Below, one piece after another: positions 19,421-28,769 of a DNA stretch of 64,000 bases. Numbering within the stretch: the first letter of the stretch is position 1; each line of letters begins with the position of its first letter. The stretch is from positions 3,811-67,810 of the forward strand of contig CALJVI010000051.1 of the NCBI GenBank assembly GCA_937974575.1. Reading direction: 5' to 3'. Source of the stretch: an uncultured Saprospiraceae bacterium (GTDB taxonomy: Bacteria; Bacteroidota; Bacteroidia; Chitinophagales; Saprospiraceae). The notes beneath the pieces are model-generated. The model was given only the letters and a program-made list of their open reading frames with translations, was not told the DNA's origin and did not search any database. A program made the translations under genes and the position numbers.

Positions 19421-20402
19421 AAGACCCCGTAGAAATAGACAATCCGCTGCCATCAGAAATATGGTCCAAGAAACGCACTTGAATGTTTCTAATCTCGTTT
19501 ATCCGCTATTCTTAGAAGATGGGAGAAATATAAAGGTTGAAATTTCTTCCTTACCTGGGGTATATAGATTTTCCTTAGATAAGTTGCTTAAAGAAATCGA
19601 ATCTTGTGTAAAGCTGGGCTTGCATAGTTTTATCCTTTTTCCAAAGGTGAAGGGAAATCTTAAAGATTCTAAAGGTAGCTATGGCTGGGATGAAAAAAAC
19701 TTTTACCTCAAGGCTGCTCGAAAAATAAAATCAAAATTTCCTGACATCTGTCTCATTAGCGATGTTGCCCTGGACCCTTACAATAGTGATGGTCATGATG
19801 GTTTTGTAAAAAATGGTAAGATCGACAATGACCTTACGCTACCCTTGCTACAACGTATGTCTCTAGCTCAAGCCAATGCTGGATTTGATATCCTCGGCCC
19901 TTCTGATATGATGGATGGACGTATAGGGGCTATTCGTACAGAGCTTGACAAGAACGGCTTGAAAGATACGGGGATAATGTCTTATACTGCAAAGTATGCC
20001 AGTGCCTATTATGGCCCTTTTAGAGATGCACTCGACTCTGCTCCTGTTAAAAATAAAGAGATCCCAAAAGATAAAAAGACCTATCAGATGAATCCCGCCA
20101 ACAGCAGAGAAGCACTAATAGAAGCGACTCTTGATACTCAAGAGGGTGCAGACTACCTTATGGTAAAGCCCGCCTTGAACTACCTAGATATCATCTCTTT
20201 GCTCAAAACTAATTTTGATTTACCTATAGCTGCTTACCATGTAAGTGGAGAGTGCGCTATGTTAATCGCTGCCTGCCAAAATGGTTGGCTAGATTATAAT
20301 GTTGCAATGCCAGAGACACTACTGAGTATCCATCGTGCAGGAGCGGATGTGATTTTGACTTACTTCGCGAAGGATTATGCGAAGTTGGTGAAGAAACTAT
20401 AG
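19413..20402 (+). CDS. hemB: porphobilinogen synthase (delta-aminolevulinate dehydratase)
   Basis: Starts at the internal ATG giving [18 protein letters not shown], the typical HemB N-terminus; the track ORF begins at 19383. Asp-rich metal site [14 protein letters not shown]. Overlaps yidD by 8 nt. Confidence 0.92.
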   Translation: MLRRPRRNRQSAAIRNMVQETHLNVSNLVYPLFLEDGRNIKVEISSLPGVYRFSLDKLLKEIESCVKLGLHSFILFPKVKGNLKDSKGSYGWDEKNFYLKAARKIKSKFPDICLISDVALDPYNSDGHDGFVKNGKIDNDLTLPLLQRMSLAQANAGFDILGPSDMMDGRIGAIRTELDKNGLKDTGIMSYTAKYASAYYGPFRDALDSAPVKNKEIPKDKKTYQMNPANSREALIEATLDTQEGADYLMVKPALNYLDIISLLKTNFDLPIAAYHVSGECAMLIAACQNGWLDYNVAMPETLLSIHRAGADVILTYFAKDYAKLVKKL

Positions 20403-20406
20403 GGAA

Positions 20407-21783
20407 TCATACTTCTTCTAAATCCAAGTTTATAAAGTAAGAAATATACTCAGGCAGTTTTGTGCCTAAGTACAAGGGCAGATTCATTAGCCAAAATGGT
20501 TTACCGCCTATGGTCTTTAATTTTTCTATTTTAAATTTATTGTCACTTATTCTTACCGCAAAATTATGAGGTGCACGATTTATAAATTCATGTAGTGATC
20601 TTAATCTACCTGTGGATCCAGATTTAACCTCAATAGGAATAATTTTATCCTGAAAAGTATAAATCAAATCTACCTCAGAAGATGACTGCGCCTTTTGCCT
20701 TACCCAAAACATAGGGTTTTCTGAATTTGTAGAATTTATAGATTTCAATTCCTGGGTAATCAAGTGCGGAATCAAAGCACCTCGAAACAACGAATTCAGA
20801 TCTTCGAGTCTTGTCATTTCGCTTTGTATACCCCGATTATAATTCACTATGCCTGAATCTAAAAACTGCATTCGTGGCGATTTTTTGCGATCAGGTTTTG
20901 CAGGTGGCTCGATATCAAGACTTGGGTATATTAGCTGAATTATTTTAGAATCATGTAACCTATCAAATGCTTGCCCTATTTCACGAGACTTATAATTTGA
21001 ATTTCCAAAATTATTAAACTTGATTCTTTGATCTAAATAAAGATGAGCAGTTTGCAAAAGATGATGGATCACATTTCTTTGTGTATCGTTATTTGCATAC
21101 TTTTCAACATCCACTTTATAAGTGCTCCATATGCTTTCATAAATAGACTTTAGCTCTAATTTTGACCTTGTGGAACTATATATTTTTACGACTTCAGGCA
21201 TTCCACCTATAATAGCATATTCTTTAAAAATCAGTAAAAGGCTTTGATGTGCCGCTTCCTTAATAGGAATACTTTTCAACTCATCTAAAAGAAGGTCTTT
21301 ACCTAAGGCATGTAAAAATTCTTGAAAATTTAGGGGATGTAAATACAGAAAAGAAACTCTACCCACTGGAAAGCTCTTGAAATTTTTAATAGCTAATTCA
21401 AAAAGCGAACCTGCCGCAATAACATGAAGCTCAGGTATCTCCTCATAAAAATATCTCAATAGCTTTATTGCGGATTCTGACTCTTGAATTTCATCCAAAA
21501 ACAATAACGTCGCTCCTTCTATATCAGGCCGGATGTCGTAATGTAAGAATAAGGATTCCTTGATTTGGATAATATCATCTGTGCTTTCAAAAAATGATCT
21601 ATCCTTTGATTTTTCTAAGTTTAAAAAAATAGATTGACTATAAGATTTGGAAAATTCTTTAACTAAAGTGGTCTTACCCACTTGTCGTGCACCTCTAATG
21701 ATTAATGGCTTTCTATTAGAATTGGTCTTCCAAGAGTCCAAATCAACCATTAAATGCCTATATATATTGACTTCTTTATTCAT
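20407..21783 (-). CDS. AAA+ ATPase with DUF4143-type C-terminal domain
   Basis: 458 aa. Walker A GARQVGKTT, Walker B LLFLDEIQ, and a C-terminal EVDLI...PIEVKSG segment that fits a D...ExK pattern. Confidence 0.8.
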   Translation of the reverse strand: MNKEVNIYRHLMVDLDSWKTNSNRKPLIIRGARQVGKTTLVKEFSKSYSQSIFLNLEKSKDRSFFESTDDIIQIKESLFLHYDIRPDIEGATLLFLDEIQESESAIKLLRYFYEEIPELHVIAAGSLFELAIKNFKSFPVGRVSFLYLHPLNFQEFLHALGKDLLLDELKSIPIKEAAHQSLLLIFKEYAIIGGMPEVVKIYSSTRSKLELKSIYESIWSTYKVDVEKYANNDTQRNVIHHLLQTAHLYLDQRIKFNNFGNSNYKSREIGQAFDRLHDSKIIQLIYPSLDIEPPAKPDRKKSPRMQFLDSGIVNYNRGIQSEMTRLEDLNSLFRGALIPHLITQELKSINSTNSENPMFWVRQKAQSSSEVDLIYTFQDKIIPIEVKSGSTGRLRSLHEFINRAPHNFAVRISDNKFKIEKLKTIGGKPFWLMNLPLYLGTKLPEYISYFINLDLEEV

Positions 21784-21919
21784 TGTGTCACAAAATAAGG
21801 GTAAATATCACAGATTCATGTATCATTATAAGGGTAAATATATCAATCTTTGTCACAGAATAAACCTTAATTTGAAGATACTTGTTACAAAGTAAAGGCA
21901 ATAGCACCTCTTTTTCTTT

Positions 21920-22112
21920 CTTTTTGCGAGAAGGATCGCAGCGGCACGCAGTATGGTAGACTATGCTGGTGTATAAGGAGTAGCGAAGGCTCGACGAGGT
22001 ACGAGAAGAGACAAGCTGCGACTATATACACCCATAGTATAACATGCGGAGTACAGTGGAGAGCCTGGCCCCTAGCCTAGCCTGGCGGGCAGATAAGGGG
22101 CTCGCCCAAGGC
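21920..22112 (-). repeat. G+C-rich structured intergenic element, copy 3
   Basis: The reverse complement starts CTTGGGCGAGCCCC, contains ACTCCG and CGTACCTCG boxes, and ends CCTTCTCGCAAAAAG. It belongs to the same subfamily as 4161-4326. Confidence 0.7.
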
Positions 22113-22124
22113 AATAGTCTACAC

Positions 22125-22165
22125 AAATAAAAACAGGTGTACTACCAAATAGATAGCACACCTGT
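22125..22165 (-). terminator. rho-independent terminator downstream of the sigma factor gene
   Basis: On the minus strand the stem ACAGGTGT..ACACCTGT can extend to about 14 bp using G-U pairs. It is followed by TTTTATTT. Confidence 0.55.
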
Positions 22166-22193
22166 AGGGGTTCCCGCTAAAGGAATGTATATT

Positions 22194-22775
22194 TTATTGC
22201 AATGTAACATGCTTCTCCTCCATCATGCGACGGATATTGATCAGTGCATAACGCATACGGCCGAGGGCTGTATTGATGCTCACGCGTGTCAATTGAGAAA
22301 TCTCTTTGAAGCTCATATCCGCATAATGTCGGAGAATAACCACCTCTCTTTGCTCCGGAGGCAGGCTATCTACCAATTTGCGAATACGCTCATGTGTCTG
22401 TGATTTCATAATCGTTTCCTCCGCATTGTCTTCTTGATTTTCGAGGATATCGAAAATATCGAATGTCTCTGTTGGGGAAACTGTAGGGCGACGTTTTGAT
22501 CGGCGGAAATTGTCCACGCACATATTGTATGAAATACGCAGTGCCCATTGTAAAAATTTACCTTCATGATTGTATTTACCTTTTCTCAGGGTATCGACAA
22601 TCTTGATAAATACGTCTTGGAATATATCTTCAGCCTTAGCTGTATCCTTTACAAACAAGTAAATAGAAGTATAAATTCGCTGCTTGTGTCTGGAGAGTAA
22701 CTCCTCAAAGGCTTTTTCATTTCCGTCTAAGTAGCTCAGAATAAGCTCCTTATCATTAAGTTGTGTAACTTGCAT
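22194..22775 (-). CDS. RNA polymerase sigma-70 family ECF sigma factor
   Basis: 193 aa. Region 2 (DIFQDVFIKI...FLQWALRISYNMCVDNFRR) and region 4 HTH (EVVILRHYADMSFKEISQLTRVSINTALGRM). Confidence 0.85.
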   Translation of the reverse strand: MQVTQLNDKELILSYLDGNEKAFEELLSRHKQRIYTSIYLFVKDTAKAEDIFQDVFIKIVDTLRKGKYNHEGKFLQWALRISYNMCVDNFRRSKRRPTVSPTETFDIFDILENQEDNAEETIMKSQTHERIRKLVDSLPPEQREVVILRHYADMSFKEISQLTRVSINTALGRMRYALINIRRMMEEKHVTLQ

Positions 22776-23081
22776 AACTATCCAGTTTAAAAGTGCGCCA
22801 GGCGCGATAAAAAATGTTTAGTGTAGAAGTTACTTTCTTATAGACAGATATTTGAATAGTTAAAAAACGGGAGTATCCCCGAATACTTGACCAATTTAGG
22901 TTAAAAGACAATAGGAATCCAGCCTATTTTCATTTCTTAACATAATCTTAACTGATTAAATAAAATAATCATATGTTCAAAATCCATATATCTGCCCAGA
23001 TTAAGTAGTATTTATCAACAATAGCTATTAAAATCGGGTTTGTATTGACATATTTACTGTTTAATTAATTTAACACTTGAA

Positions 23082-25928
23082 ATGCCTGGATCTCTCGTTA
23101 AAAAGAAAAAATCTTCAGCAAAGAATGCTTCTCTAAAGAAGCAAATAGAAATAAAAGGAGCCAATGGCAATAACCTCAAGAATGTAGACCTCATCATTCC
23201 CAAAAATAAGCTGGTCGTATTCACAGGAGTCTCTGGCTCAGGCAAGTCTACGATCACTATGGACACGCTATATGCTGAGGGTCAACGTCGATACGTGGAA
23301 AGTCTCTCCTCCTATGCACGTCAGTTTTTGATGCGAATGAAAAAACCAGAGGTCGACTATATCAAAGGGATATGTCCTGCGATAGCGATCGAGCAGAGAG
23401 TGAGTACTCGCAATGCCCGATCCACTGTAGGTACCTTGACGGAGATTTATGATTTTTTGCGGTTGCTGTACGCAAGGATCGGACGTACCTACTCGCCCGT
23501 TTCTGGCAAAGAGGTCAAGCGCCATCAAGTAAGTGATGTCGTGGACTATGTCCAATCTTTTGAGGATGGTACCAAGGTGCAACTGTTCATACCGCTGTCC
23601 CAAAAATATCCTGATCGTACCTTGCAAACAGAATTTAACCTGCTCTTGCAAAAGGGATACTCGAGGATATTGTACAAGAAAAAACTGGTACAAATCGAGG
23701 ATGTCGTCGAGCAAAATATCCTAGACCTAGACAAAGGCGTCGGCTCCTATGCCAAGAAAAACATCCGTATCCTCATAGATAGATTTGTAGTCAAAAAAGA
23801 GGACGAGGAAAATATGAAGCGTATCGCCGATTCTGTGCAGATTGCTTTTTACGAAAGTGAAGGCGAGTCCTATGTGGACATCATAGAAAAGGAAGAAAAA
23901 TATTTCAACAACAAGTTTGAGTTGGATGGCATCACTTTTCTGGAGCCTACCCCACAGTTGTTCAACTTCAACAGCTCCTTTGGTGCATGCCCCAAGTGTG
24001 AAGGCTATGGCCGTGTCATGGGCATTGACGAGCAGAAGGTCGTGCCTATGCCCAACAAGTCTGTATATGAAGGAGCCATCGCCTGCTGGAAAGGGGAGAA
24101 ATATGGCGAATGGCTAAAAAACTTCCTAAGGCAAGCGCATAAGTTTGACTTCCCTGTGCACAAACCATATGAGCAGCTGACCAAAATAGAGCGTCGCTTG
24201 CTGTGGACTGGCAATGAATTCTTTTGGGGGATAGATACTTTCTTTGCAGAGCTGCAAGAAAAGATCTACAAAATCCAAAATCGAGTCATGCTTGCTCGCT
24301 ATCGTGGACGCACAAAATGCAATGTATGTGATGGCGGCCGTCTGCGAGATCAAGCTACGTATATCAAAATAGGCGGTGTAGATATCACACAACTGGTCAA
24401 TAAACCAATCAGTGATTTGCACACGCACTTTGCCAAGATAAAACTGAATAAAGGGGAAACGCACATCGCCAAGCGGCTACTGCTGGAAGTAAATACTCGG
24501 CTCGAATTCATGATCAATGTCGGACTTCGGTACTTGACCTTGGACCGCTTGTCCAGCACCCTGAGTGGTGGTGAGACGCAGCGTATCAACCTGACTCGTA
24601 CCCTGGGAAGTAACCTCACCAGCTCTATGTACATCCTGGATGAACCGAGTGTAGGTTTGCATCCAAGAGATTCTGCGAGATTGGTCAAGGTGCTTGAAAA
24701 CCTGCGTGACCTAGGCAATACCGTGATCGTAGTAGAGCACGAAGAGGACATCATAAAAGCTGCCGATTATTTGATAGACATCGGACCAGCGGCAGGTATC
24801 CATGGGGGCGAAGTTGTTTTTGCCGGTCCATATAAAGATATCTACAAGGATGCCAAAGGTAGTCTTACGACTCAATACATGAATGGCAAGATGAGCATCC
24901 CTGTACCAGATAGTCGACGTAAGTTTTCCAATGCGATCAAGGTCACTGGAGCTCGCGAGAATAATCTCAAAAACATAGATGTTACTTTTCCGCTCAATGC
25001 ATTGACTGTCGTCACCGGAGTATCGGGCAGTGGAAAAACTACCTTGATCAAACAGATATTTTATCCAGCGATGCAAAAAGCATTGTCTGCCCCTTATGCT
25101 ATATCACCTGGTGCGCATGATTCCATTGAAGGAGACATCAAGCGCATCGATGCAGTAGAGATGGTCAACCAAAGCGCTATTGGAAAATCCTCTCGCTCCA
25201 ATCCTGCTACTTATGTCAAAGCATATGACAGCATTAGGTCCTTATTCACAAGTCAGCAGTTGGCCAAAATAAGAGGGTATAAACCTAAGCACTTTTCATT
25301 CAACGTAGACGGTGGTCGCTGCGAAACTTGTAGTGGCGATGGCGAGCAAGTGATCGAAATGCAATTTCTTGCCGATATCAAATTGGAGTGTGAAGAGTGC
25401 AAGGGCAAGCGATTCAAAAGAGAAATCCTAGAGGTCCAATACAAAGGAAAAAATATAGACGATGTCCTGAACATGAGCGTCGATGAAGCACTTGATTTTT
25501 TCAAAGATCACAAGGACATCATCACTAAAATAAAAGCGCTGAGTGCAGTAGGCTTAGGCTATGTCAAGCTGGGTCAGGCGTCTAGTACCTTGAGTGGTGG
25601 AGAGGCACAACGTATCAAGTTGGCTTCATTTCTGGGTAAAGAACGCAGCAAGGAAAAGATCTTTTTTATTTTTGATGAACCTACGACTGGCTTACATTTT
25701 CATGATATACGTAAGTTGCTAGAAGCGCTCAATGCCTTGGTCGAAAAGGGCCACACCGTGCTCGTAGTCGAGCATAATATGGAGGTCATTAAATGCGCCG
25801 ATTGGATTATCGATTTGGGCCCAGAAGGTGGGGAGCTTGGAGGCGACCTCCTGTTTGAAGGTATTCCAGAAGACTTGGTCAAGGTTAAAAAATCTTACAC
25901 GGGTCAGTTCTTAAAAGAGAAACTGTAA
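23082..25928 (+). CDS. uvrA: excinuclease ABC subunit A
   Basis: 948 aa. Two ABC modules (GVSGSGKST twice, LSGGETQR and LSGGEAQR signatures) plus zinc-finger Cys clusters (CPKCEGYG, CETCSGDG). Confidence 0.97.
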   Translation: MPGSLVKKKKSSAKNASLKKQIEIKGANGNNLKNVDLIIPKNKLVVFTGVSGSGKSTITMDTLYAEGQRRYVESLSSYARQFLMRMKKPEVDYIKGICPAIAIEQRVSTRNARSTVGTLTEIYDFLRLLYARIGRTYSPVSGKEVKRHQVSDVVDYVQSFEDGTKVQLFIPLSQKYPDRTLQTEFNLLLQKGYSRILYKKKLVQIEDVVEQNILDLDKGVGSYAKKNIRILIDRFVVKKEDEENMKRIADSVQIAFYESEGESYVDIIEKEEKYFNNKFELDGITFLEPTPQLFNFNSSFGACPKCEGYGRVMGIDEQKVVPMPNKSVYEGAIACWKGEKYGEWLKNFLRQAHKFDFPVHKPYEQLTKIERRLLWTGNEFFWGIDTFFAELQEKIYKIQNRVMLARYRGRTKCNVCDGGRLRDQATYIKIGGVDITQLVNKPISDLHTHFAKIKLNKGETHIAKRLLLEVNTRLEFMINVGLRYLTLDRLSSTLSGGETQRINLTRTLGSNLTSSMYILDEPSVGLHPRDSARLVKVLENLRDLGNTVIVVEHEEDIIKAADYLIDIGPAAGIHGGEVVFAGPYKDIYKDAKGSLTTQYMNGKMSIPVPDSRRKFSNAIKVTGARENNLKNIDVTFPLNALTVVTGVSGSGKTTLIKQIFYPAMQKALSAPYAISPGAHDSIEGDIKRIDAVEMVNQSAIGKSSRSNPATYVKAYDSIRSLFTSQQLAKIRGYKPKHFSFNVDGGRCETCSGDGEQVIEMQFLADIKLECEECKGKRFKREILEVQYKGKNIDDVLNMSVDEALDFFKDHKDIITKIKALSAVGLGYVKLGQASSTLSGGEAQRIKLASFLGKERSKEKIFFIFDEPTTGLHFHDIRKLLEALNALVEKGHTVLVVEHNMEVIKCADWIIDLGPEGGELGGDLLFEGIPEDLVKVKKSYTGQFLKEKL

Positions 25929-25947
25929 GTACATTTTTGATATTTAT

Positions 25948-26079
25948 TTTTGGGCGTGACTCTTGGCGATCCGCTAAAAAAAAAGCGGATCACCAAGAGT
26001 CGGGCTATACAGCACTCCACGTCCGTTGCGGTCCTGCGGACTCCTCCCTAAGGGTCGGCTGCTTTCTATCCCTCACGCA
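25948..26079 (+). repeat. G+C-rich structured intergenic element, copy 4
   Basis: Starts TTTGGGCGTGAC. An 18-bp stem (one mismatch) pairs 25958-25975 with 25985-26002 around an A9 loop. It is followed by GTCGGGCTATAC, the small GTCCG..CGGAC hairpin, CCCTAAGGG and the end CCCTCACGCA. Confidence 0.85.
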
Positions 26080-26227
26080 TTCTAGTATTGTGTTTCTTTA
26101 CTAGTGTAGATAGCCTTTTCCGAATCAGTGTTAGTAGTCATGAAATTCTCTTTCATTTTTTAAATTCTCCAATACCATTGCCAGATGGATTTAGTATCTT
26201 GTTAGAAACAAGCAAAAAGAACAAATA

Positions 26228-26866
26228 ATGAAATTCACCTATCTACTTCCAATTCTGTTGCTAATAACTAGCTGTAAAATTCAAAATGGTTTTTACAAGA
26301 ATTGCGAAATACCAGAACAGACTTTAAAAGTAGATGAGTATGAAGAAGCATTGGAAAACTGGGAAGAATGTTTAATTGCGAAAAGAGCAAACGAAAAAAC
26401 GAAAAAAGAACTTTATAATGAGATTAGAGGAAAACATATTATACAAGGAATGCTTGAAGGAATTGAAGATGAAGTTTCAAGTTACTATTTGAGCTTTAAA
26501 GCATTGGCAAGAATTTTATCAGATGAGGAATTAAATCAAAATCTTTATTCTGATGACTCAGCCATAAAATATCAAAGTTTTTTAACCATTGCAGAAAGAA
26601 AAAAGCAAAATGTTTTTGAAGCATTAAAAGTGGTTTTAAATGATACTACCCAAATTACCACACAATTTGGCTGTATCATTGAGGAAACAACATTATCCGA
26701 TTTATGTATTGAACAAGTGACAGAGAAATACTTTTACAAATACGAAGGATTTCAAACAGATAAATATCAATTAACATTCGAAGAAAAAAACGAGTTGGAT
26801 GATTTAGTATTAAAATTAAAGTTAGAATTGAAATACCGAGTATATTTGGAAAAGAAAAAGAAATAA
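26228..26866 (+). CDS. hypothetical lipoprotein
   Basis: 212 aa with a lipoprotein-type signal LLLITSCK, mostly helical and Glu/Lys-rich. No family recognised. Confidence 0.6.
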   Translation: MKFTYLLPILLLITSCKIQNGFYKNCEIPEQTLKVDEYEEALENWEECLIAKRANEKTKKELYNEIRGKHIIQGMLEGIEDEVSSYYLSFKALARILSDEELNQNLYSDDSAIKYQSFLTIAERKKQNVFEALKVVLNDTTQITTQFGCIIEETTLSDLCIEQVTEKYFYKYEGFQTDKYQLTFEEKNELDDLVLKLKLELKYRVYLEKKKK

Positions 26867-27071
26867 AGCCTGTGCTTAACAATGGCTAAAACTGCAATAG
26901 CTTCCATTCGGTCGACACAAAAAGTATTATATAAAACCAAATGAAATAATACATTTAGATGGTGCAGTGATTTCAACTTGCACACAATGGAATCCGCATA
27001 ATATTGATGTGTTTATCAATAGATCTATGGAACTTAGATTTCACATTGAACTAAAATAAAAAATAACTGTC

Positions 27072-28739
27072 ATGATCATTAGAAAAATGGTTTTCCTTCT
27101 GCTACTACTGGGTTTATGTTATTCCTGTGAAGATGCATCCACTGTGACAAAGGATACTGAAAATACTACTTCTGCTGGTGGGACTGTCAACAGCAAAGCG
27201 GATCAGCTAACTTCTAAGTATACTACCTTCACTTTAGAAGCCGACTTATCAACATTGACAGATAAGCAAAGAGAGATGGTTCACTTGTTGATCACTGCTG
27301 CGGACAAAATGAATGAGCTGTTTTGGTTTGAAGCATATGGAGACGGAAAAGAATTTCTAGATGGTATCAATGATCCTAGCTTGAAACAATTTGCAAAAAT
27401 CAACTATGGTCCATGGGACAGATTGGATGGTAATAAACCTTTCATAGATGGAGTAGGTCCAAAGACCAAAGGCGCCAACTTCTACCCTGCTGATATGACA
27501 AAAGAGGAGTTTGAAAAAGCAAGGATTAAAGATAAAGATGGGCTGTACACTTTCGTACGGAGAGATGATAAAGGAAAGTTATACACCATTCCGTATCACC
27601 ATATGTTTGCGGGTCAAATAAAAGAGGTATCGGGATTGCTCCATCAAGCAAGTGCATTAGCAGAAGACGAGGGACTCAAAAAGTATCTTCGTCTCCGATC
27701 AAAAGCTTTACTGGACGACGAATATCAAGCGAGTGATTTTGCCTGGCTGGATATGAAGACCAATCAAATAGATTGTGTCATAGGTCCTATAGAAACCTAC
27801 GAAGATCAACTCTTCGGATACAAAGCCGCCCATGAAGGCTACGTTCTCATCAAGGATATGGAGTGGAGCAAGCGCCTAGAGAAGTATGCCCAGTTTTTGC
27901 CCGAGCTGCAAAAAGGAATCCCAGTACCGGCGAAATATAAAAAAGAAAAGCCGGGCTCTGATACGGAGCTGAATGCTTATGATGTCGTCTACTATGCTGG
28001 AGATTGTAATGCAGGCAGTAAAACTATTGCTATCAATCTGCCCAACGATGAAGAGGTACAACTCAAAAAAGGAACCCGTCGTCTACAATTGAAAAATGCC
28101 ATGCGTGCAAAGTTTGATAAAATCCTATTACCTATTGCTGCAGAATTAATTCATCCTGATCAGCGTGGCGATATCACTTTTGATGCATTCTTTAGCAATA
28201 CTATGTTTCATGAAGTAGCACATGGCCTTGGTATCAAGAACACGATCGACGGCAAAGGAACAGTTCGCAAATCGCTTAAAGAGCATGCATCGGCTATCGA
28301 AGAAGGTAAGGCCGATATTCTTGGTCTATACATGATCAACCAACTACATGCTAAAGGTGAAATCAAAGGAGAACTGAAGAACTACTATACTACCTTTATG
28401 GCGAGTATATTTCGTTCTGTACGTTTTGGCGCAAGTAGTGCACACGGAAAGGCCAATATGATCCGATACAATTACTTCAAAGAAATGGGCGCCTTCGTAA
28501 AGGATTCAGAAACCAATACCTACAAAATAAATATGGAGAAGTTTGCGGAAGCCACTCAAAAGGTAACAGAGATCATCCTGACGATGCAAGGTGATGGCGA
28601 CTATGACAGAGCAACTAAAGTGGTATCAGAGCGAGGTGTTATTGATAGCGGCCTGCAAGCGGATCTAGATCGCCTTACGAAGAAAGGCATTCCTGTAGAT
28701 GTTATTTTTGAGCAAGGGGTTGATGTGTTGGGGATATAG
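27072..28739 (+). CDS. dipeptidyl-peptidase 3 (M49)-like zinc hydrolase family protein
   Basis: 555 aa with a signal/lipoprotein-like N-terminus. Zinc motifs FHEVAHGLG and EEGKADILG resemble the HExxxH / EExxAE arrangement of M49-like proteins. Confidence 0.7.
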   Translation: MIIRKMVFLLLLLGLCYSCEDASTVTKDTENTTSAGGTVNSKADQLTSKYTTFTLEADLSTLTDKQREMVHLLITAADKMNELFWFEAYGDGKEFLDGINDPSLKQFAKINYGPWDRLDGNKPFIDGVGPKTKGANFYPADMTKEEFEKARIKDKDGLYTFVRRDDKGKLYTIPYHHMFAGQIKEVSGLLHQASALAEDEGLKKYLRLRSKALLDDEYQASDFAWLDMKTNQIDCVIGPIETYEDQLFGYKAAHEGYVLIKDMEWSKRLEKYAQFLPELQKGIPVPAKYKKEKPGSDTELNAYDVVYYAGDCNAGSKTIAINLPNDEEVQLKKGTRRLQLKNAMRAKFDKILLPIAAELIHPDQRGDITFDAFFSNTMFHEVAHGLGIKNTIDGKGTVRKSLKEHASAIEEGKADILGLYMINQLHAKGEIKGELKNYYTTFMASIFRSVRFGASSAHGKANMIRYNYFKEMGAFVKDSETNTYKINMEKFAEATQKVTEIILTMQGDGDYDRATKVVSERGVIDSGLQADLDRLTKKGIPVDVIFEQGVDVLGI

Positions 28740-28769
28740 AAACAGAGAAAATAATAGGTCTATGTCAAG

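Noticed and set aside
22795-22805. G+C-rich palindrome GCGCCAGGCGC 20 nt upstream of the sigma factor start. Also an 11-nt match GGGAGTATCCC (22869-22879) to the head of the element copy at 31220-31386
   Set aside because: Both are short enough to occur by chance in 128 kb of two-strand sequence. The 11-mer is preceded by an A-run rather than the T-run seen at genuine element heads, and no further element sequence follows.
23268-24754. Minus-strand ORFs of 112-148 aa inside uvrA (23268..23714, 24126..24464, 24350..24754, 24711..25076)
   Set aside because: They are antisense to a full-length, motif-complete uvrA. The relatively G+C-richer uvrA sequence simply lacks stops on the opposite strand.
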